From a virus, in IMG/VR virus record IMGVR_UViG_3300044611_002466, positions 124,231 through 188,230 of that record: DNA of 64,000 nucleotides; one strand, written 5' to 3'. Positions 7,693 to 16,230 of the stretch are shown one piece after another; position 1 is the first letter of the stretch, and every line of letters starts with the position of its first letter. A model generated the notes under the pieces. The model did not search any database. It had not been told where the DNA came from and saw nothing but the letters and a program-made list of their open reading frames with translations. The translations under genes and the position numbers were made by a program.

Positions 7693-7932
7693 ATGGCCGA
7701 CAACAAGGACGAGCGGCTCCAGCTTCGGATGGAGCCGGATCTGAAGGAGTGGTTCAAGGTCGATGCCGCCTCTGACGGGGGCATGAGTCACGTTGTCCGT
7801 CAATGCGTCGTAACTCGCTACGAGACGAAGACCGGTAAGCAGTGGAAGGGAGGGTCCGATGGACAGACAGAGGATGGTCCTGGTAACGGAGTCGAGGCAG
7901 ATTGCGCGCGCCACGGTGCCGGGACTGCTTGA
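7693..7932 (+). CDS. ribbon-helix-helix (Arc/CopG-like) DNA-binding protein
   Basis: ERLQLRMEPDLKEWF...GGMSHVVRQCV. Confidence 0.65.
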   Translation: MADNKDERLQLRMEPDLKEWFKVDAASDGGMSHVVRQCVVTRYETKTGKQWKGGSDGQTEDGPGNGVEADCARHGAGTA

Positions 7933-8392
7933 GGCGTTTCAGGATGCCTTTCGACACCCGTACAAGGTGGAGCTCCTCTTGTACAAGCGCGGGGAGCCCA
8001 CGTTCACCGTGGAGCGTCTCGTGCCGGAGGCCTCCATTCCAAAGGAGGACGGGGACCCCACGGTAGCATTCCTCACCCCCTTCCAGATGATTCGACAGCA
8101 CGCAGAGCTCGAGATTCAGGAGGAGTCCAGTGTGTCTCTCCTGGAGAGGATCAGCCACGCGGTGCAGTCCCTCACAGTGCGCGGGTTCAAGTTCACGATG
8201 CTCGTCTGCGGCGACAAGATGCAGTTGCGGCGGGCGACCCCGCTGCTGCGCGTCGAGGATGTCTGGCAGGTGCAGCTCTACGAGGACCCGGAGGCGCCCG
8301 TCGACAAGGTCTTCGTCATCGGGTCCAAGAGTGGGGCGCAGCTCCAAGACATCGAGACCGCAGTCCTGTGTTCCTTCGAGGTGGTACCTTGA
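7859..8392 (+). CDS. hypothetical protein, 177 aa
   Basis: GGAGGG RBS; good codon bias. Confidence 0.75.
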   Translation: MDRQRMVLVTESRQIARATVPGLLEAFQDAFRHPYKVELLLYKRGEPTFTVERLVPEASIPKEDGDPTVAFLTPFQMIRQHAELEIQEESSVSLLERISHAVQSLTVRGFKFTMLVCGDKMQLRRATPLLRVEDVWQVQLYEDPEAPVDKVFVIGSKSGAQLQDIETAVLCSFEVVP

Positions 8393-9084
8393 TCTCCGAA
8401 GCGTGCACGTCCGACATCTTCTCAGTCGTGTCGGAGGACATCAACGCTGAGGAGCAGCACGGGAAGCTCGTCCTTCGCGTCGCGGACGAGAAGCTCTGGA
8501 TCCGCCTGCTGCAGGATCTCCTGCGAGCAGCGAACGTGGGGGAGCACTTCGGGCTCGAGGCGCACAAGGTCTTCCACCTGGACCAGTCCGCAGAGGTCTG
8601 CTACACGTGGATCTTGGTGCTGTGGGGAGACCCGGTCCCCCTCCTACCGACGCTGGCCCCCATCCTGGGACGCAAGGCGGTGTCCTCAGCGAAGCCGCCT
8701 CCCTTTGCCCTCGGGCGCCCCCCCAGCGCACCTCGACACACCCCCGCGGTAGCGAAGACGGCTGCTGCGGTAAGGACCGCCCCACAACAGCCGAGGAGCC
8801 CTCAAGGGTCCGACGATGAAGACGCACCTCTTCCGGAGGTACGCTTGGCGCTTCGCGAGGGAGTGCACAACATTCGGAAGGTGGAGCGCGTCAATAACGG
8901 TGTCACCAACATGCGGACGACAGTCCGGCTCGCGCATATCCGCGGAGAGCGTTTCGCGGGCAACTCAGATCCGCACGAGACCATTACCCTCAGCACGGGG
9001 TCGGGACGGTTCAAGGCCGTGGTTCAGCCCCTCCAGTCAGAAGACGGATTTCAAGCTCGCCGTACCGGCGGGGGGTCCCTATGA
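8389..9084 (+). CDS. hypothetical protein with Pro/Ala linker
   Basis: TTG start overlapping the upstream TGA, with GAGGTGG RBS. Confidence 0.7.
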   Translation: MISEACTSDIFSVVSEDINAEEQHGKLVLRVADEKLWIRLLQDLLRAANVGEHFGLEAHKVFHLDQSAEVCYTWILVLWGDPVPLLPTLAPILGRKAVSSAKPPPFALGRPPSAPRHTPAVAKTAAAVRTAPQQPRSPQGSDDEDAPLPEVRLALREGVHNIRKVERVNNGVTNMRTTVRLAHIRGERFAGNSDPHETITLSTGSGRFKAVVQPLQSEDGFQARRTGGGSL

Positions 9085-9875
9085 CAAGCGCCGCAGAACG
9101 CAGAAGCAAGATCAGCAGCCTGAGCTCGGGGCGGATCCCGAACTTCCTGCTATCGGCAGCCCCCACCCGTAATACCCCGTCCCTGCCAACGCCGGAGATC
9201 TCCAGCTGGGATCCCGATTTGACGGCTGCTGGGGCTGCTGCCATGGACCGGCTGATCGAGCTCGAGCCGTTGGAGAAGCTCGAGAAGGCGGGAAAGTACT
9301 CCAGGGCCAAGTGGAAGATCCAGATCTGGATCAAGTCCGGGCGGAGCATCTCCAAGCCGCTCGCGTTCTCGCTCTCCTTCTGGGAGTCCGGGAAGCGACT
9401 GCACGGAGGCGGCGACGAGTCGGCCTTCGTCTGCCGCCGGAACCACAACGCCCCGAAGCCGGCGAGGCCGCCATTTCTCGCCCTCGGGTTCTCGCCATTC
9501 GAGAACAAGGCGAGCCCCGACGGGTGCGGGGGCATCATTCTCGGGGAGGCCAGCGTGAACGGCTTCGCGGTCTGCCCGCACTGTGGGGTGCGATGGGACA
9601 CGGAACACATCGCAGACTCCATCTACTACAACCTCCCGGTGGAGGTTGCGGCCACCACGATCGCTACGTGGTTCAGGACGCTGGGTAGCGACTGCGACCT
9701 CTACATCAAGTACCGGGACGACGACATCCGCGTCAAGATGATGGCGCAGACGTACGGACTGGCCGAGGCGATTCGCCACAAGGGCTTGATGATCTACTCG
9801 CTGGCGCGGCTCGTGCAGGACATGAGTGCAGGGGCTACACTGGAGTCGCGGGTTAAGGCGGTCCTCCTGGCGTGA
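9081..9875 (+). CDS. Zn-ribbon-containing phage protein
   Basis: ATGA coupling; VCPHCG motif plus additional Cys residues. Confidence 0.75.
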   Translation: MTSAAERRSKISSLSSGRIPNFLLSAAPTRNTPSLPTPEISSWDPDLTAAGAAAMDRLIELEPLEKLEKAGKYSRAKWKIQIWIKSGRSISKPLAFSLSFWESGKRLHGGGDESAFVCRRNHNAPKPARPPFLALGFSPFENKASPDGCGGIILGEASVNGFAVCPHCGVRWDTEHIADSIYYNLPVEVAATTIATWFRTLGSDCDLYIKYRDDDIRVKMMAQTYGLAEAIRHKGLMIYSLARLVQDMSAGATLESRVKAVLLA

Positions 9876-9908
9876 GGCTTGCCGCGTACACGGAGTAGGC
9901 TCTTTCCC

Positions 9909-10583
9909 ATGATCGACCAGAACCAGGTACGCGTCTGCTTCACCGAGATCACCAAGAGCGCCGGCGTACCAAGCCCCTTGGCACGCGCAGGAGCGGGGGC
10001 CGCCATCGGCGCCCTCGCTGATGGCGGCCAGGCGACGCTGCACGCCCTCCGAGCGCGCTCAGACGTGGCCCAGCTTCGCGCAGCCGGCGGCATCTCCCCA
10101 GAGGAGGAGAAGGCCTTCGGCGCACGCCAGCGGTCTCACGTCGGGTCGCGTACCCTGCGCGGGGCGCTCGTCGGCGGTGTTAGCGGGGCCGTGCTCCCGC
10201 ACGCAGCCGCGGCGGTGAAGAAGTACTCTGGCGAGGCGGCGCAGCACCTGGGCAGGGAGTTCGGGCGTGGGGCCGCTGAGCACGTCGCACCGGCGGCCAG
10301 GGCCGCGATGCACGAGGCCGCCTTTGCGGCCCCTGCTGTGGGGCGCGCAGCTGCCGCGGGGGCGGCGGAGCACGTCGCGCCGGCGGTCAGAGCTGCGATG
10401 CACGAGGTCGCCTCTGCGGCTCCCGCGGTAGGCCGCGCTGCTGCTGCGGGGGCTGCCGAGTCTGCGGGGACCGCCGGGGAGCGCGCAGCCCGGGGAGCTG
10501 TTCGCGGTGCGAAGGACGCCCTAACTCCCTCCTGGGCCGGCAAGCTCAAGGGGCTCGCCACGCGCCTCATCAAGGAGGAGTAG
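9909..10583 (+). CDS. Ala/Gly-rich probable virion protein with glycine-zipper segments and a 30-aa repeat
   Basis: N-terminal CFTEITKSA; GAGAAIGALA and GALVGGVSGA segments. Confidence 0.75.
   Translation: MIDQNQVRVCFTEITKSAGVPSPLARAGAGAAIGALADGGQATLHALRARSDVAQLRAAGGISPEEEKAFGARQRSHVGSRTLRGALVGGVSGAVLPHAAAAVKKYSGEAAQHLGREFGRGAAEHVAPAARAAMHEAAFAAPAVGRAAAAGAAEHVAPAVRAAMHEVASAAPAVGRAAAAGAAESAGTAGERAARGAVRGAKDALTPSWAGKLKGLATRLIKEE
10269..10460 (+). repeat. 90-bp (30-aa) tandem coding repeat, about 2.1 copies
   Basis: GAGCACGTCGC at 10278 and 10368; GCCGAG in phase at 10455-10460; wobble positions diverged. Confidence 0.85.
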
Positions 10584-10587
10584 TCCC

Positions 10588-11919
10588 ATGCCTACGGACG
10601 CGCGAGGGGTGTTGACGGTCATGGGTCCTCCCGGGGAGTGGTCGGGGGCAGTCGCGTCGAGCGTCTCCCCCGAGCAGCGGCAGGACCTCTTGCGTGCCTG
10701 GCGTGCGATGTCCGCCGAGGAGCGGAACGAGATCGTCTCGAAGTGGCGCAAGCACTTCGAGACGCCGGACGACAAGACGGCGGCCGTCGAGTACCGAGGG
10801 CACACGTTCCCTGGCTACAACCAACCCGTCGAGTCCGATCAGAGGGACAAGAAGATGATGGTCCTGGCGAAGAAGGGGGACGAGGTCCGCCTTCTTCACT
10901 TCGGACAGAAGGGCTACAAGCACAACTACAGTCCAGACGCGAAGAAGGACTACCTCACCCGCTCGGCTGGCATCCGCAACGGGAGTGGTGAGCTGACCAA
11001 AGACGATCCCTTCAGCCCGAACTACTGGGCACGACGCGTGCTCTGGCCCGCTGGAAGGACGGGGAACGGCGAGAGCGGACCGACCAAGACGGCCGCGCTT
11101 ATGGGGTCGAAGGAGCATCGACAGGCGACACACCGCGTCGACGCGCACTTCCGCAGCAGCGATCCCGAGAAGTGGAGCACCCTCATGGACAGTGTGAAGC
11201 GCAAGTCCTTCGTGGCCGCCGTGAAGCAGGACACCCGCGCGGATCCCAAGTTCGAGCGCCACGTCGATCAGATGAACCGGCTCCTCACGGGCACCAAGGT
11301 CGACCAAGTCAGCGTCGGCGACGGCGTGAAGTACGACATCATGCGTCTGCGTGGCGGCGGGTACGGGTGTACCTGCCCAGACTGGCGCTACAAGAAGTCC
11401 GTCGCCTCCGAAGGAGCTCAGGACTGCAAGCACATCGTCGCCTGGAAGGGGATGCGCTCGTTCAAGAAGACCGCCTCGGTCCTCTCCACGCTGGCCGCTC
11501 ACCCGAAGAGCCTCTTCACTGCGGGCACGGCCGCTGGCGTGGGCGCCCTGGCCCTGGGCCTGCGCCACAACGCCAAGAGCACCCAGTTCACGCCAGCACA
11601 GAAGCAGATGCGAAGCACCGCCATGCACGAGGTCGCCGGTCTCGGGATGCTGGCCAGTCCCTACGTCGTCGGCTTGGCTGAGGCTGGGGCGGAGGCCCTG
11701 GGGTCGCGCTCGGGGCGTGTGGGCATGGCAGCGCGCGCCGCCCACAGCGTACTCCAGCCCCTCTCCCACGTGATGCACGGCGAGGGTCACGCCGCCCCCG
11801 TCCTTCACCGCGCGAACGAGCTCCTCGGGCTGGGCGTTCTGATGCGACCCGCGCTGCAAGAGATGCACCACCTGGGCGCACGCGCAAAGAAGCACGCCAG
11901 CCTGCTCGCGGGGATGTGA
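10588..11919 (+). CDS. multidomain probable head protein: DUF5754-like domain, SWIM Zn finger and hydrophobic C-terminus, separated by KTA[A/S]
   Basis: KKMMVL...HFGQKGYKHNY...YLTRSAG...FSPNYWARRVLW; YGCTCPDW...CKH. Confidence 0.75.
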   Translation: MPTDARGVLTVMGPPGEWSGAVASSVSPEQRQDLLRAWRAMSAEERNEIVSKWRKHFETPDDKTAAVEYRGHTFPGYNQPVESDQRDKKMMVLAKKGDEVRLLHFGQKGYKHNYSPDAKKDYLTRSAGIRNGSGELTKDDPFSPNYWARRVLWPAGRTGNGESGPTKTAALMGSKEHRQATHRVDAHFRSSDPEKWSTLMDSVKRKSFVAAVKQDTRADPKFERHVDQMNRLLTGTKVDQVSVGDGVKYDIMRLRGGGYGCTCPDWRYKKSVASEGAQDCKHIVAWKGMRSFKKTASVLSTLAAHPKSLFTAGTAAGVGALALGLRHNAKSTQFTPAQKQMRSTAMHEVAGLGMLASPYVVGLAEAGAEALGSRSGRVGMAARAAHSVLQPLSHVMHGEGHAAPVLHRANELLGLGVLMRPALQEMHHLGARAKKHASLLAGM

Positions 11920-11958
11920 GTACTTTCCAGTTGCGTCGGCAGGGGGATGTGAGTACAA
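11911..11958 (+). repeat. direct repeat GGGATGTGAGTAC, 2 copies 33 bp apart; the second is preceded by TTGCGT at 17-nt spacing to TACAAC
   Basis: 11911-11923 and 11944-11956. Confidence 0.75.
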
Positions 11959-12104
11959 CAGGCAGGGCTAAGAAGAACCGCCAACTCGCTTTCGTCGACC
12001 ATCGACTACGCCCGAGCTGGGTGCCTACTCCCGACGCTGGCCTGCAGGTCTGAACACCGGCAGTTTCAACACGTACCCCTTATCACCCTTTTCCTGGGGT
12101 TTGT

Positions 12105-12365
12105 ATGCCAACTCTCGGCGACTCTATAAGCCAAGTGCGCGACATGGAGGACCGAGCTGCTGTGCTGCGAACGGCGGTCTCACACCTCCGTACGAAGTAC
12201 GTCTCTCGTGACTCGACCCCCGCGTTGGCGCAGATGCGCACGCAGGCCGGCTTCCCGGTCAACGAGTCCGTGATCGTGAACACCGCGCTCGAGCTCGAGC
12301 GGGAGGCCAAGGAGCTCGAGGACGCGGTCAAGGCCGCCAAGGCCACGGAGCTCGGAGATGTCTGA
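12105..12365 (+). CDS. hypothetical helical protein, 86 aa
   Basis: Good codon bias; overlaps the next gene. Confidence 0.75.
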   Translation: MPTLGDSISQVRDMEDRAAVLRTAVSHLRTKYVSRDSTPALAQMRTQAGFPVNESVIVNTALELEREAKELEDAVKAAKATELGDV

Positions 12366-12885
12366 GAAGAACGGCACGAGGAAGGAGCGCGCGGATAGCA
12401 GGCGCCGGAAGATCCTGGAGTCCCTCACGAACGACGCGATGACGGAGAGCTGGGCCACCGCGACCAATCCGGTGAAGCGTCGAATCGGTCGGCTCGAGGT
12501 CGCGTGGCGGGACGGCATTCAGTGGTTGGCGGAGGACATCCGCAAGATGTTCCTCAACTTCACCACCATCGCCGACGCCTACGACATCGCCGATGTGAAC
12601 CTCGCCGCGATCAAGAGCCTCTGCATCGACAAGGGGATCTTCACGGACGAGGACTTCGAGGTACGCAGGGCGGTGATCATGAAGTTCGTCGACGAGGACC
12701 GCCAGCGGCGCCAAGCGGAGCTGGACGAGCTCACCGCAGCCGCCGCGGCCCGGACGGAGGAGGCCGAGGCGGCGGAGACCAGCCTGCCCGTCCGCGGGCT
12801 CGATCGCGAGGCGGTCACCATCCGCGATGCAGTGCTGGCCTCAAAGGACGAGTCCCACATCCCGAAGAGCGCCACCCTCTTCTGA
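12358..12885 (+). CDS. hypothetical coiled-coil protein, 175 aa
   Basis: GGAG RBS; terminator follows. Confidence 0.8.
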   Translation: MSEKNGTRKERADSRRRKILESLTNDAMTESWATATNPVKRRIGRLEVAWRDGIQWLAEDIRKMFLNFTTIADAYDIADVNLAAIKSLCIDKGIFTDEDFEVRRAVIMKFVDEDRQRRQAELDELTAAAAARTEEAEAAETSLPVRGLDREAVTIRDAVLASKDESHIPKSATLF

Positions 12886-12922
12886 GGGCTAAAGGGGCGG
12901 CCGACCGGGTGGGTCGGCCGCC
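12886..12922. terminator. terminator between convergent blocks: 11-bp stem with CTTTAGCCC tail on the minus strand
   Basis: GGCGGCCGACC (12896-12906) and GGTCGGCCGCC (12912-12922). Confidence 0.8.
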
Positions 12923-12926
12923 TTGC

Positions 12927-13805
12927 TCACGTATCCTCGAAGATGGCGGGACCGTCGATGAGGTCCTCATCGGCAGGAAGCGTCTCGAGCTCCGCGGAGA
13001 GGGCATCCGCGTCCACCACGACCTTCTGAAGGAACCCCACGAACTCGATGTCGAGCCCCTGCTCCTTGATGAAGCGACAGCAGAGCTGCTTCATCGCGGT
13101 CTCGTCCCAGCGCTCATCCAGAAGATCAGAGAGGAGGACCTCCGGGTCTTCGACCTCGTTGTTGAGCGTCCGGATCGCCCGGACTGAGCCGTCCTCCGCG
13201 TGGGTCCAGTGCACGGAGTCCCTGGTGACGACGGCGCTCCAGCCCCCGAAGCCGTCCGGACGCATCCTCGAGCAGGTCATCGCTGCGTTCACCTGGATGT
13301 AGTCCAGGTCCGGCAGCTGTGTGAGGAGCCACTGCAAGATCGACATGACGTCATCGTCGAAGCCGTCATCCCAGGAGATGTAGAGCTTGACGCCGGCGTC
13401 CTCCGTCGCGTCAACGATGATGGTGGCGCTCATAGCAGCGACCTCGCGCTCATCGTTCAGGACCCACTCGAGGTAGAGCACCGCGAGCGAGCCGCTGTAG
13501 GGGCCCACAAGCGAGCCATTGTCGTCGAGGATGTTCCCGTGCTCGTCGACGCTGTTACCGCTGGCGGAGAGGTATTCCGCACGCAGCCGCTCGTCGTCGA
13601 AGGTCCTGACGTCCTCGATGATGCCGTACTTGAGCAGGCCTGCGAGGGCAGCCTCCCGCGCGTCGTCATCGATCTCTTCCAGGTAGGAGTCCACCGCGAC
13701 CCGCCCCGCGCCGTTGCTGAGCCTGCTGAGGAGCTCGCACACGGACACAGGGACGTTCTCGAGGGGGCCGTTGGCGATTACGGCCTGCGTGGTGTAGTGT
13801 GACAT
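12927..13805 (-). CDS. acidic hypothetical protein, 292 aa
   Basis: Long ORF with strong codon bias. Confidence 0.8.
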   Translation of the reverse strand: MSHYTTQAVIANGPLENVPVSVCELLSRLSNGAGRVAVDSYLEEIDDDAREAALAGLLKYGIIEDVRTFDDERLRAEYLSASGNSVDEHGNILDDNGSLVGPYSGSLAVLYLEWVLNDEREVAAMSATIIVDATEDAGVKLYISWDDGFDDDVMSILQWLLTQLPDLDYIQVNAAMTCSRMRPDGFGGWSAVVTRDSVHWTHAEDGSVRAIRTLNNEVEDPEVLLSDLLDERWDETAMKQLCCRFIKEQGLDIEFVGFLQKVVVDADALSAELETLPADEDLIDGPAIFEDT

Positions 13806-13809
13806 CTTG

Positions 13810-14223
13810 TCAGTCTTCCAGGGGTGGAACGAGTTGGAGAACCGACCTGGGTCGGCTCGGGGCGGGCGCCGGCGGCGCAGGGACCGCGGGGATGCTGATC
13901 ATGGCGACGATCATGCAGATGGCGCTGTAGGGGATCTGGACCGCGTACAGCGTGTCGAAGCTGAGCTGGCAGGACAGGTGGTACTCACCGAGCTCCACAC
14001 GCATGCGATCGAAGAAGTCCGCATTCAGGTCCAGCTGGAGCACGCGCTCCCACTTCGGGTCCGAGATGACTTCCTCCGGGAACCCGTGCTCCGGGTGGGC
14101 ACGGAGGACATCCGTCTTCAGGAGCAGTTGCACCGAGATGTCGCTCTCGAAGATCGGCTCGAGCAGGGCGCGGACTGCCTGCATGGAAGGAGAGGGAGGC
14201 GGAGGTCTTGGTGGGATGATCAT
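13810..14223 (-). CDS. sspB: SspB-like ClpXP adaptor
   Basis: LQLDLNADFFDRMRVELGEYHLSCQLSFDTLYAVQIPYSAICMI matches the SspB core (LSF...vPwsAI) followed by a Pro-rich tail. Confidence 0.65.
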   Translation of the reverse strand: MIIPPRPPPPSPSMQAVRALLEPIFESDISVQLLLKTDVLRAHPEHGFPEEVISDPKWERVLQLDLNADFFDRMRVELGEYHLSCQLSFDTLYAVQIPYSAICMIVAMISIPAVPAPPAPAPSRPRSVLQLVPPLED

Positions 14224-14417
14224 GTTTCCTCGCCGCTGGCGGTGTTGATCTCCACGACACCGAGCTTGTCGTAGAGGTAGAGCCCGACCGAGTCGGTCTC
14301 CGGGTCGGTGGTGGAGAGGCGTTCGCGCGCCAGGGTCAGCGCCTCGTCGCGGTCGTTGAGGATCTCGGGCGCCTCGACGATGCCCCGCACAGACACGCAG
14401 ATGACGTACAGCGTCAT
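14220..14417 (-). CDS. hypothetical protein, 65 aa
   Basis: ATG overlaps the upstream stop; GAGGAG RBS. Confidence 0.7.
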   Translation of the reverse strand: MTLYVICVSVRGIVEAPEILNDRDEALTLARERLSTTDPETDSVGLYLYDKLGVVEINTASGEET

Positions 14418-14971
14418 GCCGACTCCTCGATGACGAACCCAGCGCTGATCTCGAAGCACCGGGGGATGTTGACGAGCTCCGGCCCGCCTCGGTCCTTGTC
14501 GGTGCACAGGGTGATCGTCCTGTCCTGCCTCACGATCGTGAAGACCGCGGTGGCCTTCAGGAAGAGTCGGGTGATCAGCTCCGCGTCGCGGCCCGTGCCG
14601 TAGTTCCCCGGACGCCTCCCTTCGGGTCGGAGAAGGATCACGGGATTCTCCTCACCGTCGACGAGGGCATTGCCTCCCACGAGAGCCCCCAGGAGTTGAA
14701 TCGTGTGGACCTCGAGGTCGAGGACCATCGCGTTGAACTCGGTCAGACGCCGCACGCTGGCGACCCCGGCCACCATGTCGCAGAACTTGGACTGACCGAC
14801 GGAGTCGTCGACCACCTTGTCTCGCAGCTCTTGTGGAAGCCATCGCTGTGCGCCGGGCACGTCGTCTGTCACGAGGAGCACGGACTTGCCGGCCTCCGTC
14901 AGCTTTCGATAGAAGAACGCCGCCAGTGCGGTCCGTCCGGAGTTGTAGGGTCCAGAGATGATCGTGAGCAT
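14414..14971 (-). CDS. degenerate P-loop NTPase-like protein (RecA/DnaB-type fold)
   Basis: MLTIISGPYNSGRT...VLLVT...MVLDLE; Walker A Lys replaced by Arg. Confidence 0.55.
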   Translation of the reverse strand: MLTIISGPYNSGRTALAAFFYRKLTEAGKSVLLVTDDVPGAQRWLPQELRDKVVDDSVGQSKFCDMVAGVASVRRLTEFNAMVLDLEVHTIQLLGALVGGNALVDGEENPVILLRPEGRRPGNYGTGRDAELITRLFLKATAVFTIVRQDRTITLCTDKDRGGPELVNIPRCFEISAGFVIEESA

Positions 14972-14972
14972 G

Positions 14973-15437
14973 TCAGGGTTTCTCCTCCTTCTTCTGTTCC
15001 TGTTGATTGACCAAGTAGGCGAGGGCCTGCCGCTCAGTCCAGCCGGAGATGCCCGGCAGCAGCGGGTCCAGGACCTCAAGCAGTTCCTGCCGAAGTACGA
15101 GGAACTGCGGGATATTGTCACGTCCCCACAGACCACGCTCCTGGCAGATGAGGCGCAGCGTGGCCCGCTTGGCCGGCAGGTCCAGCGGATCTGTCGGGGC
15201 AACAGCCTCGCACTCCTCGAGCAGATTCCTCAGATCACTGCGCATCTCCGGAGACACCAAGAGGGCCTCCTTCAGGCAGATCAGCGCGTCGCCCCATCCG
15301 AGGATGGCCGCTTTCCTGCCGCCCTTCGGCACGAGGATTCCATCCGGATGTGCCTCTGACTGTTTCAGTGCGGTGTGCAGGGTGGCCGATAGCACCACTT
15401 CGCTGCGCTTCACACCGTAGTAGCGGACGAGCTTCAT
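14973..15437 (-). CDS. hypothetical protein, 154 aa
   Basis: GGAGGAG RBS; ATG overlaps the upstream TGA. Confidence 0.75.
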   Translation of the reverse strand: MKLVRYYGVKRSEVVLSATLHTALKQSEAHPDGILVPKGGRKAAILGWGDALICLKEALLVSPEMRSDLRNLLEECEAVAPTDPLDLPAKRATLRLICQERGLWGRDNIPQFLVLRQELLEVLDPLLPGISGWTERQALAYLVNQQEQKKEEKP

Positions 15438-15874
15438 CACTCCTCCCCGTCGCGCCAGTGGTAGTCCTGCTGCGTCCAGTTGACGCACGCGATCTTACGA
15501 ATCAGCCGATGCTCCAGCGCGGCGTAGTTGAGGCCAGGGAAGAAACTCCGGAGCTTGATGTGGCTCTTGTGGATAATCGTGCGGATCCGACTGCCCTCCT
15601 CCGTGCGGGGCATCGGAATGTTCTGCAGCGGCGGTCCGGCTCGATACCGGCGGCGATCCAGAACCCGCATCTCCGGGGGGAGCGTTACTGGGAGCTGCTT
15701 CACGAAGCTACGCATCTTCTGCAGGACCGCGTCCATCTTGGCCCGGTCCTCTGACGAGAGCGGGGGCAGGTCTTTCATCACCAGGCTGATGCTGTCGTGG
15801 ATCTCGAAGGAGTCGGTGTTGTACAAACGCTGTGGTTCCCCAAACACGCGCTCAAAGGCATCTTTACCGGACAT
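15437..15874 (-). CDS. hypothetical protein with C-terminal LNYAALEHRL segment
   Basis: ATG at 15874 just downstream of the upstream stop; segment resembles PolA motif A. Confidence 0.7.
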   Translation of the reverse strand: MSGKDAFERVFGEPQRLYNTDSFEIHDSISLVMKDLPPLSSEDRAKMDAVLQKMRSFVKQLPVTLPPEMRVLDRRRYRAGPPLQNIPMPRTEEGSRIRTIIHKSHIKLRSFFPGLNYAALEHRLIRKIACVNWTQQDYHWRDGEE

Positions 15875-15876
15875 CT

Positions 15877-16215
15877 CTACTTCTCCGCGGTGACCGAGCT
15901 CTGCTGCTCGGGTAGCTTGATCTTTCCGTTGACGAACGCATCTGCCAGGGTCTTGACCCAGCCGCGCCCCGTGAACTCGCCCCACACACCCAGGCGCCTC
16001 GTCTTCCAGTGGACGCCCTCGCGCCACCAGAGCTTGACGAACCCATCAGCTCTGGTGAGTCGGAACGTGCGCACCGTCTCCGCAGACCCTGGAATAGCCT
16101 GGATTCCGCCGCCGATGGCGCTGGGGTCCGTGTACCACCGGACACCCGGGATGGTGGAGGCGGCTCCGCATGCGTTGAGGAGCTCGCAGAGCTGTACCTG
16201 CTGTAGGGGGGTCAT
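15877..16215 (-). CDS. Trp-rich hypothetical protein, 112 aa
   Basis: Fills the operon; codon bias. Confidence 0.7.
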   Translation of the reverse strand: MTPLQQVQLCELLNACGAASTIPGVRWYTDPSAIGGGIQAIPGSAETVRTFRLTRADGFVKLWWREGVHWKTRRLGVWGEFTGRGWVKTLADAFVNGKIKLPEQQSSVTAEK

Positions 16216-16230
16216 TCGGATCTCGATGCC

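Noticed and set aside
11911-11958. Direct repeats as a mini CRISPR array (a Cas4-like gene is present in the window)
   Set aside because: Only two 13-bp copies with a 20-nt spacer; the same motif occurs singly before start codons; the Cas4-like gene sits in a recombination operon with no other cas genes
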